DNA of 64,000 bases from Takakia lepidozioides. Lineage: Eukaryota > Plantae > Bryophyta. Below the pieces are notes generated by a model, which made no database searches, was not told where the DNA came from, and was given only the letters and a program-made list of their open reading frames with translations. Where the stretch lies: NCBI GenBank assembly GCA_030704615.1, contig CM060733.1:41106001-41170000 (forward strand), in the 5' to 3' direction. The translations under genes were made by a program, and so were the position numbers. This document shows positions 1-12,751 of the stretch, one piece after another (within the stretch, counting starts at the first letter, position 1; each line of letters opens with the position of its first letter).

Positions 1-27
1 CCGGCACAGGCACAGCCTACATAACTA

Positions 28-687
28 CACTATGGGCATTGTGGAAAGTATGGGCATGAGGAGACCCATTGTTATGACTTGCATCCTGAGCTACGGCTAG
101 GCCAGTTCCAATGGAACAACGGTGGCCGAGGACGAGGCAATGTAGTCCAGAGAGGTAGAGGAGGTAGAGGTCGTGGTGGAGGTCATAACCAAAACCAAGG
201 AGCACAGGGTCAGGGTCAAAGTTATGACCAAGGCATGGTGGATAGACTTGCCCAGCTAGAGCAACGTCTTGCCAACTACGCCATCGATGGCACCCGCTCG
301 TCTAAGTGTGTCAGAGGTAGAGCCACGGGTGTAGGAGTGGGGAGAGTAGGTGTGGCTCGGGAAATGTCAGTGGGTGGTGCTGCAAAGCAAGGTGCAGCCA
401 GTACATTGTTGGGGGCGGCTACGGCTGTTTGTCAAGCTCCATTGTTTTTTGCAATGACCATTGCAATGCCACGGATTTGGCCAGCTGCTGTGTTCAGACT
501 AGTAGCTAGACTCTGTGAGAGTGGTGATGCATCGGCACTATCTGCGGGGATAGCAGATAAGGTACAGTGCATGGATGCCCTGTATTCAAGGGTGAAGTCA
601 GCCACAGCTGCGCCATGGCAAATGGCTGTCAAGTTAAATAAACACAGTGTGAAACTAACTAGAATAAATCTAGTTATTTGTATTTAA
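28..687 (+). mobile_element. Degenerate LTR-retrotransposon gag fragment (zinc knuckle + RG-rich tail)
   Basis: Translation YGHCGKYGHEETHCYDLHPELR (degenerate CCHC knuckle) followed by RGRGG/Q-rich low-complexity sequence; runs off the left edge of the window. Confidence 0.55.
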
Positions 688-829
688 CACTTGGAATTAG
701 TTCAAGTGTTAAGTCAGGTATCAAGTTTAGCTTGACACCTGAACCATCTCATCTCTCTCGAGTTGAGCCTGCCCGACCGAGCTCCCTCGTTGCTTAGCAT
801 CTGAGTGTACTTATGGAGGGAGAGTAGGA

Positions 830-1292
830 TGTTGTGGGGGTGGAGTCCCCATAGCTTGGGGTGCCCCTGGCTTGACTCTTATTTTAACGAGTGATTATAT
901 TGTATTTCGTGTTTTGTGTCAACAGACAGTGTGAGTTTAGTTTTCATATCACTCGAGAGAGATCATCTGTCTAGTTTTTTGTAGTGCTAAGCTAGATAGA
1001 TTTCCTTTATGTTAGCACTATGACTATGTCGATGGTATTTGAAGTAGGGAAAGCACTCATAATGAGTGGTTAAGGTAGAAGTCATTGATGCTGGTTTCGT
1101 TTGCGGTCTGGTACGATGGCGTGCACGGGAGGCGCAACACGGGATGCCAAATAAGAGGCGATATGGAGGCTTGGACAGCCTCGTAGGCTCTACGCATGAT
1201 ATACAAAGCTGGAGCAACAAACTTTGGTTCATTTTCAAATCAGTAGAATCTTGTTGCTCGTCAACGCTTCATTGTTTGGGGTGACCATTACA
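830..1292 (+). repeat. Putative 3' LTR (TGT...ACA) preceded by a polypurine tract
   Basis: GGAGGGAGAGTAGGA at 815-829 directly precedes TGTTG; the segment ends TTACA just before PPR sequence begins. No second copy in the window. Confidence 0.4.
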
Positions 1293-1302
1293 TGTTGATT
1301 AT

Positions 1303-2450
1303 TTGCCAATTGGTGATTTGGGTCTCCGGGTCCAGAATTGTGTTGGCAATGCGTGTGCAAGCCTGGGAGCCCTGGAAAAGGGGAAAGAGGTCCATGGTGA
1401 CATCTTCAAATCTAGAAGTGTACCAGATGTCATTATGAAGACAGCCCTGGTGGACATGTATGCCAAATATGGGTGCATTGAGGATGCAAAGGGAGTTTTC
1501 AACACTATGATGTGGTGTCGTGAACTCAATACCCTCATCAACATGTATGCCAAGTGCATGAATGTGGTGTATGCACATGGAGCGTTTGACAAAATGCCTG
1601 AACGAGATATTTCTACTTGGAATACAATGATGGCAGGATTTGCCAAGCATGGGTGTGGTAGGGAGGCTTTTGAGGCCTATGAGCAAATGACACAGGCAGG
1701 GATGATGCCAAACTGGGTCACCTTTATCTGTGTGCTGAAGGCTTCTTCCAGCCTTGCAGCCCTGGAAATGGGCATGGTGGTCCATACTGACATCATCATT
1801 TCCGGAATCGTTTCAGATATCACTCAAGAGAATACCCTTGTGAACATGTACGCCAAATGCGGTAGCCTTACTGGCGCTCCTCAAGTGCTCAACAACATGG
1901 CTAAGTGGGATGTGGTCTCATGGAATGCGATGATCGGAGGATATGCTCTGCATGGGAAGGGCAGGGAGGCTTTTGAGACCTAAAAGCAAATGAAAGAGGA
2001 AGCGGTAATTTCCCTGCTCAAAGCTTATGCCAGCCTTGCAGCCCTCGGAAAGAGCGAGGACGTCCATGCTGACATTATCAAAGCTGGAATTGCCCCAGAT
2101 GTCGTCCTGGAGACTGCCCTTGCATGGAAAGAGGTCCATGGCAACATCTTCAAAGCTGGAATTGTACCAGATTTTGCAAAATGTGGGTGCATCTAGGATG
2201 CAAAGGGAGTGTTCAACACTATGGCTGAACAAGATGTGGCGTCGTGCAAGCCTGACGGCCCTAGAGAAGGGCAAAGAGGTGCATGGGGATATCGTCAAGC
2301 TGGAAAGTACCAAATGTCATTCTAAACACTGCCCTGGCAGCTCTGGAAAAGGGGAAAGAGGTCCATGGCGACATCTTCAGAGCTGGAATTGTACCAGATG
2401 TCATTCTGAACAATACCTTGGTGGACATGTTTGCAAAAATCTGGAAGGTG
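1303..2450 (+). pseudogene. PLS-class pentatricopeptide repeat (PPR) gene fragment, disrupted
   Basis: Repeated motifs ACASLGALEKGKEVH, TALVDMYAKCG, FDKMPERDISTWNTMMAGFAKHG; in-frame stops, frameshifts and truncated repeats. Confidence 0.9.
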
Positions 2451-2602
2451 GTTGTTGTTGTGCTGGTAAGAAGATGCCCAAGTATGGGCCTCCATTTGAC
2501 ACCACTTGTATTACTCAATTCGACTAGATTAGGTGATGAAGGACCTTGAACTTAACATGTGCTTCTACTCAACCCATAACCCTAAATGACTAGATTAGGT
2601 AA

Positions 2603-3810
<1,208 letters not shown>

Positions 3811-3944
3811 GTGACCCCAAACTCCTACCTTATTTGTGAATTGGTTCTCAGCTGGTGGCAAATGATAATTTTGTTTCCTTTGAACTTAGCCCAGAGGTGT
3901 CCTTCTGTCAATTGTATCTTTGGTACTAAGCCAGTAAAGAATCC

Positions 3945-5134
3945 CCTGCTACATGGCATGCCTGTTGAGTGAGGATTGTGCCTCATCCAACACAACGAGC
4001 GCGATTGGTACGCCATGCCCATGAGGAGTTGGGACATTTTGGGGTGTGGTGCTGCTGTGATGTTTTCAGTGATACAACCAGCCCTATGACGGAGCTAATG
4101 GCAGCCTATGTGGACATCACCATGGGCTACAGGTTTAGCAAACAAGCATCACTTGCCAGCTCGTTCTCGCCTTATTTCCTTCTCTTTGGTTGAGAGCCAG
4201 ATTTGCCTGCATCTATTCGTAGGGAGACTGCAGTAGTCCTCAACCTTGATGATCCGGATGTGTGGACACAAACATGTGCCCAACGGGTAGAGTTGTTCAA
4301 GAGAGTCATGCCTATGGCAATTGAGAACCTTGCTAGTGCCCAATACCGAGACACATTGAGGTACGTCACTATACGTAGAGGGGGATATCGGCCAGTTGTT
4401 CGGCGTTTCCATCCTGGGGACTATGTGTATCTGCAGCAGATAGCGCCTACGACTTTGGATGTCACAGCAGGGCGTGTGATTCTAAGGGTCCGGGAGGTGT
4501 TGCCTTTAGGAGTGTTGATTCTGGAGGGTCGTGGTGGCATGATATGGAAGGACCATGTGCGCCAATTGTGCGCCATGTCACCTTCCACATGTGGATGAGA
4601 GGATAGATCCCAACCTTGCAGTGGTACCTGCAGGGTTGCGTTTCAGGCTATGTGGGCATGCTGGTGGTGCCGCAACCATGTTGGTGTGTGACAAATGCTC
4701 AAGGGGGTGGCACATGGGATGCTTGACACCGCCACTTGAGGAGGTTCCTAGTGGAGAATGGTTGTGTCCATGATGCCTTGGCCATAGGTAGTGGGCATGA
4801 CAATGGTGTAGTTGACAAGTGATCTAAGGTCTAGCTGGTGGGAGCTCAACGCCATGGATACTCAATTGAAGATCATGGATTACAAGCATGCGACTAACGA
4901 TGGGGCTCTCGTTGCACCCGGCCTCTTGATCCATATACTTTAGAAAATTGGGACATGTACAATTGAAGACCAAACGATGATCTTATTGAGGTGGATACTT
5001 GTCAGCTATCCGGTGTTAGAGGGACCTAATCACCAGCTAGGGGGGCGATTGTAGCATACTTTTCTAGGATTGTGTGCTTAGAATGTATGGTAGACAGCGA
5101 TGTATATTGTGGCACGATGCTTAGGTGCACGACA
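3945..5134 (+). mobile_element. Ty3/Gypsy 3' fragment: integrase remnants + C-terminal PHD finger + PPT + 85-bp LTR
   Basis: RIVPHP..HAHEELGHFGV (integrase zinc-binding region), FSPYFLLFG and FHPGDYVYL, then PHD LVCDKCSRGWHMGCLTPPLEEVPSGEWLCP (~4640-4775). PPT AGGGGGGCGAT, then TGTAGC...CACGACA (5050-5134). The catalytic core is deleted. Confidence 0.85.
5050..5134 (+). repeat. 85-bp LTR of the PHD-Gypsy family
   Basis: TG...CA bounded and follows the PPT; homologous to the reverse complement of 60661-60745 and 61116-61200. Confidence 0.75.
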
Positions 5135-5336
5135 ATCATGCCAAGGTCCAAACATCAATTCGGACGGAAGCATAGGCCCTCCTTATGATATTTGCCCTAA
5201 TGGCATTGACTAAAATGTGACAAGATTATTTCAGTTGGCATTCATCTATATTATGAAGGAAAACCAGTACACGGATAGTGTGTATGATATTAAATAAGTT
5301 ACATATTGGATATGCATTGATATTTTTTTGAGCAAG

Positions 5337-5337
<1 letters not shown>

Positions 5338-5370
<33 letters not shown>
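5338..5370. repeat. (TTA)n microsatellite
   Basis: Direct read. Confidence 0.95.
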
Positions 5371-5371
<1 letters not shown>

Positions 5372-5389
5372 AATTTACCTTAAAGAGTA

Positions 5390-5696
5390 CAGGGGCGGAG
5401 GCCTGGCAGAACTTATTAAGAGCATGTTTTACATAGCTAATGATGCTAGTAAGAGACCTAAAATTGAATGCAAAAGATAGATTAAGTTGCTGTGATAATC
5501 AAGAAAGTTTTCCATTTTTCTAGTTGAATAATGACAGCTTGCAATATTGTAATATAAGCCAATTTTTTATTGAAATAATGAATGTTTGAGGGAAATTTTG
5601 CACTCAGTCCCAAAAATATTTCGCTAGGTCCACGCCAAGGCTTAAATGAAAAAAAAAAAGGCTGGTTCTCGCCCTGCCCCTCAAGCTCCGCCCTTG
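5390..5696. mobile_element. Possible old MITE with CAGGGGCGGAG/CTCCGCCCTTG inverted ends
   Basis: Near-perfect 11-bp inverted repeats around an AT-rich core; no matching TSD seen. Confidence 0.35.
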
Positions 5697-7770
5697 TGGC
5701 AAGAGGCTCACACGTGTGCCTGCCTGGGTTGTAGGGACCCGCCAACCATTGTACATTAAATTTGTGAGGTCAACATATATGATATCATCGGTCAACGCGC
5801 CAAGATTGTGATCGGGCAGCGGGCATGCTTGGGGGCTATATCTATGGGGTCTGCTACCTTTCCAATCGTGGAGTGCCAACCAAACTGACCTTGTAAAAAA
5901 AACCGTCACCCCTGTAACCAAGGTATATACCGTTTGACGGCCGTGCTCACCGTGGAGATGCTCTAAGGACAGGAAAAGAATAACCCTGTGAAGGCCATGA
6001 AGGCAAACATAGGGGATACTACACCCGTAACAAAGGTCCAGAGAAGCCAAAAAAGAAATTCGAACAAAAGAACCGAATCAGGCACTGCTAGGCATCGAAT
6101 GAAACATTGGAATCTTACAAATAATAGTAGTAAGTGGAGATTCATTCAATGTTAGTAAACTGGAGTTTAGTAGGAAAAAAATTAAAAGTAGAGTATGATA
6201 TGTAGTAATCATATGATATGCCACTGGTAGTACTAAATGTTGTTATTTGGGGGCCGCAATTAATTAAATATGCCCGAGTATGACTCGCACAATTTGATAT
6301 TAATACCGTGTGCATTGTCCTTGTTTTTACGTTTTTACCCCTAATACGGGTATAGGCCGGATATTGGGGTTGTCAATACCAGCTTCTATAGGGTTTGACC
6401 TAGGTATTGCAAATGTCAATACATGGGGTTTAGTTCTTATCGTATCACAAAAGCAGATACCAGCCGGGTGGGTTCCTTAATACCCTAGTTGGTTCATAAC
6501 TGTCACCATTCTCCAATGTGCCTTGGCCAGAACTTGCCACTCTTAGTGAGTCAAATTGGGACCTTTCAAGCTGAATCCACCATTGGCTTGGCCCTCCAGC
6601 TATTTCAAGGTAGTACATTCACACCCCCTCAAAACAACAATATTCTGCACTTTCCAAGATTTGGAGATTTGAGTCCTCATGATGATGTGGAAACCAGTGT
6701 GTCTAGAACAAGTTTTGGCGGGTGCAACTCACTTGTGGTGAGCCCCCTATGCCTACCCGAGTGAAACAAACTATAAGGGCAGTATCAGGAAAGAGTAGAG
6801 CCAGCTTCCCGATTGGTGCTATGGTGAAATTACTGAGACCTGGATCAATGCCCCTTCCAATGAGATGATGGTGGAGGCTGAATTTGGCTCTCTTCTTGGT
6901 TTGCAAACCCTTGGCACCGGACATTGTGAGTTGTTTCACACCTTGCATGTCTCTTTAGTGGGAATGATAACATAGTCCACAACCAGCAGCCATTTCACAA
7001 TAGCCTAGGTGATTGATGCATGTATGCCACACAGCACATGCTAGATGATTGTGAAATCTTTTTCTTTTTACTTTATTAATAAAGAGAGCAAAAATTGGAG
7101 AAAATTCTGCTGAGAATAGGCAACATTGATGCAGCAGTATACTACACCATGCTTTGGTTTACTAATATCTCACATTCTTCTGTTGCACTCACCCTTCGAA
7201 TTGGGCGCAGGGCTTCCAATCCTTCTTCACATTTCATGGCAGGACGGTAGTTTTGTAAGTTTGCAGTGATATTGAATTCTCACAACTATCAGGCATGATA
7301 GGTAATCATAGTCAGACTTTCTTAGCATGAGTTTCATTCAAAGACCTTGTCAGTGCATGGAGGTGCTGAATCCAGTTGAAAGTGGGGAGTCACCAGCTCA
7401 ATAAGTGGAATGCTTTCCATGCATAGCATTCGAATTGGTGCCTTGCTGCATCCGGTTCATCTCACTCCTGCAGAGTTCTTCTGAGCCTATCCAAACACAA
7501 TCATCATAGGCTGCACACCCAGACCCCGGCTGTGCTCCAACAGGGTACCTGAGGGGAGTACAACCTCAATGGCACATAATAGCAACGAGCACAGGGGGTC
7601 AATTATTGCATCCTCTGATGCCTTCAAAATGGGCAGTCTAATACCCTCTCTCTCTCTCTTCCCCCTAAAGACTACCACAAACAGCGTCTTTCGAGTAAAT
7701 TCTATACACCCAAACTGGGTGTGGGGTCTACAGCCACAAGGCTACGGCAGACAATGTCTCATGAGTACAT

Positions 7771-7807
<37 letters not shown>

Positions 7808-8042
7808 GCCTGGTTTTACATCAAGCATTCAACAAGTTAGTGACCTCCCAAACTTGTGATCATATTTTACCATGCTAGTTCTACTGCAGAGAGCCTTTCA
7901 TGGATTTACACCAATTATTGTACCTCTCAGTACACAGCCACCAGACATACGATACAAAAGTGTTTGGGCAACAGAAATATTTTGCACCACCACATGCTCT
8001 CCATCTCTCGCTTTTCTCCCTCCCTATCTACTGCACAAAGAG

Positions 8043-11000
8043 TCATGCTTTAACATAATCACTATTAGTGGACTCCCAAATGACTGTTCCATCACAACTG
8101 CAAAGTTGCTTGTAATTTTCACCAACACCCGCACTCCTGGCTATAACAGCTGCTGCAATGCCAGGTCTGGATTTGTCCGAGTCACCGTATACTACTACAG
8201 CACGGCCTACCAGATCACCAACCCTTAACATCTCTTTTGTTCCCAAATACTCGGCTTGTCCAGCACTGTTGACCTCTAATACTCCCAAGTCACCGACCCG
8301 CTGTAACCAACATGCAAACGATTGTCAGAGGGAAAGAGAGATGTACAAAAGACCAATCTGTGGGAGATTGCATATGACACACCCAATTTGCATAGAGCAC
8401 ACACGGGATTCCACCCACCGGGGTATGGCAACCCAACCCAAAATACACACCCAACCAAACCTGATCTAAAGATAATGTGAGAAACAGGATTACAACTGTG
8501 GCATATAGTACTACTCCAGCCCTCGAATGCATCACAGGTAACACTGTTGGTCACAGAGTCTAGAAAAGGCTGGAAGAGTGACAAGAGACAGACAGTGCTC
8601 CTTGCCATTGTCAGCCACATCAATCCTTGGGCATTTGTGACCCTCCCCGAGCTGGTTGTGGGATTTCAGCAGATCAGGGTATTTACTTCGAGAATGCACC
8701 TGATTTGTTAGTTCTATGAAAATATGGTCCCAAGAACTGAGTGTTGATTTATGGGCTGACTCGAATATCATTGTAGAAAATATTGTGCTGATTGCATTTG
8801 CTTCTTGAGCCTTCTTCTCTCCCTGCTCTTTTTTACCCTCGACAGTGCAAACACACACCTGGTGCAAACTATAGTGAGGGAGAGAGAAAGAGAGAGAAGA
8901 TATTCCTCTTCCACACCACCAAAGAGGTGTATGGACAGAAATAGTAAATATTAAACTATGTAAACTACAAAAACCAAAGTTAGTGGACAAACTCAAAAGT
9001 CATGGAGGGGGCAAGTGCGTACAAGACTATCAGGTCCAGCACACTGGCTGGTTGACTGGTTGAAAATAGGACCAGTGCTTGCAGCCCCCCGTGTAAGGTC
9101 CCCAAATTCATTAATAGACCAGCCGTGTGATCCAGGAGATAGTCCACTGAAGGAGCCTTCAACACGAGCAAGCTCCATACTAACTTGTGCAAACCGCACA
9201 ACTCCATGAATCTCAGGACCTTTGAACTCAGCAACTGCTGCTGAAATGGTAAAATCTAAAGCACAGTTTCCAACCCCAGATACGCATCATCATTCATCGT
9301 CACAATCATCACATCTCTCCGATTCCAAGACAATCCAATTGACAAGGACACCGTGCCCCTTTGGGATTACATACTAACTCCTTCATCATTGTTGTTAGAC
9401 GCACACATTGGACTGCACAAGGATCACATGCCAGCTAAGTGACTGCACTAACTTCCCCCATCTCTGGAAGAAGTCAGAACTATTCGATAGTATGAAGTAT
9501 TGCCTTGAGCCATGAGTTTAACGACGCAAAACCTACCAAGAACCAACACATCAACATTTCAGAAGACAATCCCTCCTACCCTTCCAAGAGAACCAAAGGA
9601 AAGACTCTTGCCACGGTCTTGGCTACAGGTACAATCTATAGAGTCCAAACACCCACAAGAAAAGAATTGAACACCTTCAAGGTACATAGAGCGAATACCC
9701 ACTTTCAGCCAATCCTTGACCAATCAGCCGGGCTTTCCGTCCAGATTCTGCTAAAGCATCTGTCAGATTTTTTACTGTGACAGACCCAAACACCCTCACT
9801 ACTTGATTTCCCAAGTCAACGTCCACAGACTTCACTCCTGCACAGCAAGGCAACATAGTATCTAAGACTTTTGCCACAGCCTCATGAAATAAGTTGAGGG
9901 AAGAGACAATTCCAGCCATAAAATACTGCAGACAACCACCAAGGTCAGTTGGATGATGTTTAATGCTGAACAAGACAAGCCTCACTTAAACGAAGGCCTC
10001 AGTTCATACCATCCAGGGGCTCCAGCTTTGTCCGCACTGATTTGACACACCCCTCACACTTCATGTCCACCATGAACTCTGTCTGCAAACCCGAGAAAAA
10101 CATCACTAGACTAAGTAAGGATTCAGATATCCACTCATTGAGAGCCACCCTCTGTGTGCAGGCAGCATGAGTTCAATGTTGGGTCCTGCAATGTCTGCGC
10201 ACTTCTGACAGAGCAGAAAGAGAGTGGGGATGCAGTCAAAACAAATGAGTAAACCTAACTGACAGCTATATTGCTGCACTCTTACCAGCAACTTGCATGT
10301 ATTGCTTTCCAAAAATGATGCAGTCTGGGGTTGATGTCCTTCGCCATCAAGAAACAGCAGTGACTGCACAGTTTTCTAGCCTAGAGAGCTGCAAACTGCA
10401 GTGTCCTCCGAAATATTAACTCCCAAAATTTTCAGAAGAAACTTTTTGAAGCATACCAGCAAATCCGGTAGTCGGTCTTCTTGTCTGACTCCCTGCTCAA
10501 TCTTGCGATCAACCACCAACAAAAAGTTTGAAACAATTTAGACCAAACACTTAGCACACTCATGTATTGTAACTGAGATTAACTTAGTTGTAAAGCCCTG
10601 AATGTTCATAAGATGTCCTGATACTGACAAATCAATTATTTCTATATGCGGCTAATGACAGTTTCCATGTAAGTTTCTGTATAGACATCCAAGCGCGACA
10701 AGTTTATCCAGTAGGAGATTGAATCCAGAACCATAAAGGTTTTGGCAGCTCAAGCTGTTAGAGGTATGGTACGATTTAACATTATGTTTGCAGTATGATT
10801 CAGTCTCGAATGTCCAGACGTAGAAGAGATAACTGGCAGCACACACCTGTGTGGTGGCCATCTCAGTGACCGGTTGAGCTGCTGAGGCTTTTGTTACTGC
10901 CATGGTGGCTCCAGAAACGGCTGGAAAAGCCACAAGAGCCAGCTGCAACAACTGTGAAGACCCTAACAGTCTCCTCTTCAGAAATTGGACGCTGGAATTG

Positions 11001-11291
11001 GACGAAGATCCAAGCTTTAGAGTAGTGCGCAAGAAAGACGGCCTAGTTTGCATTAGGAGCAATTCCATCAAATTAGAAAGATGGTTCACGGCAGAGACGA
11101 GTCCTAATTTTTTAATTTTGTCACTTGGATTCCTGCGGGCACACACCAAAAAAAATCATAACCTATCTGAAGATTGCGAAGCACTCCGCATGAGCAGAGG
11201 TGCCGTTCAGGAATATAGCGCATTCCTATAGGCAAATAAGCTACATCAGCCGGAACGTCAACTTCAGGCCTACGAGCAGGAGTACTCGTGC

Positions 11292-11326
<35 letters not shown>

Positions 11327-11429
11327 ACCTATGCGAGCGATGCAAAGATTTCACAGGAGGTGAGGCAGTCGAGACTGTGATTGCAGCGGGTAAAAGAGAG
11401 GGAAACCCTAGCGCCCGCAGCACTGCCAT
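8043..11429 (-). CDS. CCS: Copper chaperone for superoxide dismutase with N-terminal transit-peptide-like extension (about 7 exons)
   Basis: Approximate exons 11429-11329, 11132-10847, 10492-10457, 10082-10010, 9837-9703, ~9256-9022 and ~8320-8043. HMA domain TEFMVDMKCEGC (MxCxxC); SOD-like domain GLSPGSHGWSINEFGDLTRGAASTG; C-terminal IARSAGVGENYKQLCSCDGTVIWE (CxC). Confidence 0.95.
11294..11325. repeat. (GA)n microsatellite in CCS intron 1
   Basis: Direct read; similar GA/CT tracts at ~7775-7802, ~11497-11530 and ~33922-33950. Confidence 0.95.
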
Positions 11430-12751
11430 ATATTGCCCCTGGCCCTTTTCTTTTCCTGCTCCCAGCTCCCAAACTGACCTCTACGCACTGTAAACGGTGT
11501 GTGTGTGTGTGTGTCTCTCTCTCTCTCTCTTTCTTCGTTCTCAAAACCGCTATTGCAGGCAACAGCTCCTGTTGACCTTTGAGACCCTGGCAAACTATTT
11601 TTTTTATCCAATTTACAAGGATGTATTCTTCCACCGCTGATAATTGGAAAGATGAATGATATTAACGTCCACAGACGGCCTCTGGGACCTACTTGTATGC
11701 CCTTGCTCAACAAATTCTCTTGCAGAAACAAATGTGGCTACCTTCCGACTCCTCAAAGAAACGAGAACTGCCTTTGCATGGAAAGCTCTGTCAGTGCCTC
11801 AATCTGCAAGTCACGAGCATGGAATTGGTGCATGGCGCAAGAATTAGAGCGAGGCATGCACACAACCGCAACACTCCACGCGCATCTTCGCTGTGCGCTT
11901 CTGCACTGCGGTAGAAGCCGCACCTGCTTCCGAACCTGGAGGTTCGGCACTCTAGTCTTTAATAATAATAAGAAGAATAATAATGTTTTGTGACGGCGGC
12001 CGTGATGGTGTAGCGAGAATAGAGGTCTGACACGTGTGGGCCACATTGCTGCTCCGCACGTGTGATGGTGTGTTAGATGACGACGCTCTGGACATTCCAG
12101 TTTCCAGCTAGGTGTTCAAGACGAGTGTTAAGATTATTTACGTTTGATGGACTTAGAGAGCTTATTGATCACAGGGCTCATGGAGGGGTGAAGGATTCAA
12201 CCCAGGATCACCCTGGTTGTGCCCAGTTAAGGCACAAACACCCAAACAGTGACCTCTACCTGTAAAAGTGCATCAAAGAAAGGGCAGAATGGTAAGGTAG
12301 GGGAAAAGGACTAGAGGAAGCTTTTTTTACAGATTCACAATGGATACTCAATATGCATGGTAAAATGTAATGACTTCTCTGCATTTTCCAACAGCATAGC
12401 ATCTTCACTAACAATAACTTCAATTGTTCAGGCAGCCCTGCATAAGCAACATAACTGATCCCCCAAAGTCCCAGCTCACCCATCTTCAGCTCACCTCTAC
12501 CCATCAACTGCCCATGAGGTGTCCGTTTCCATTTCATGTTTGTGGTAAAGCAAAATAGATGGCAGATTAACTAACTCCTGGGCGTAGACAATTGTAGTAT
12601 ACAAAGTGCTGCCGCCTGCATCTTCAACTTACAACCTCTGTACCAGCTTTGATGGTATGGGCTATGGCACCCCCTATTCTCTCATTTTCTCCTGCAAAAC
12701 CCACCCCCAAAGCACCAATATAGGAGGCCACTGTGTCTGGCCAACATGGAA

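Noticed and set aside
6489-7700. Short ORFs downstream of CCS
   Set aside because: No recognisable domain or consistent exon structure.
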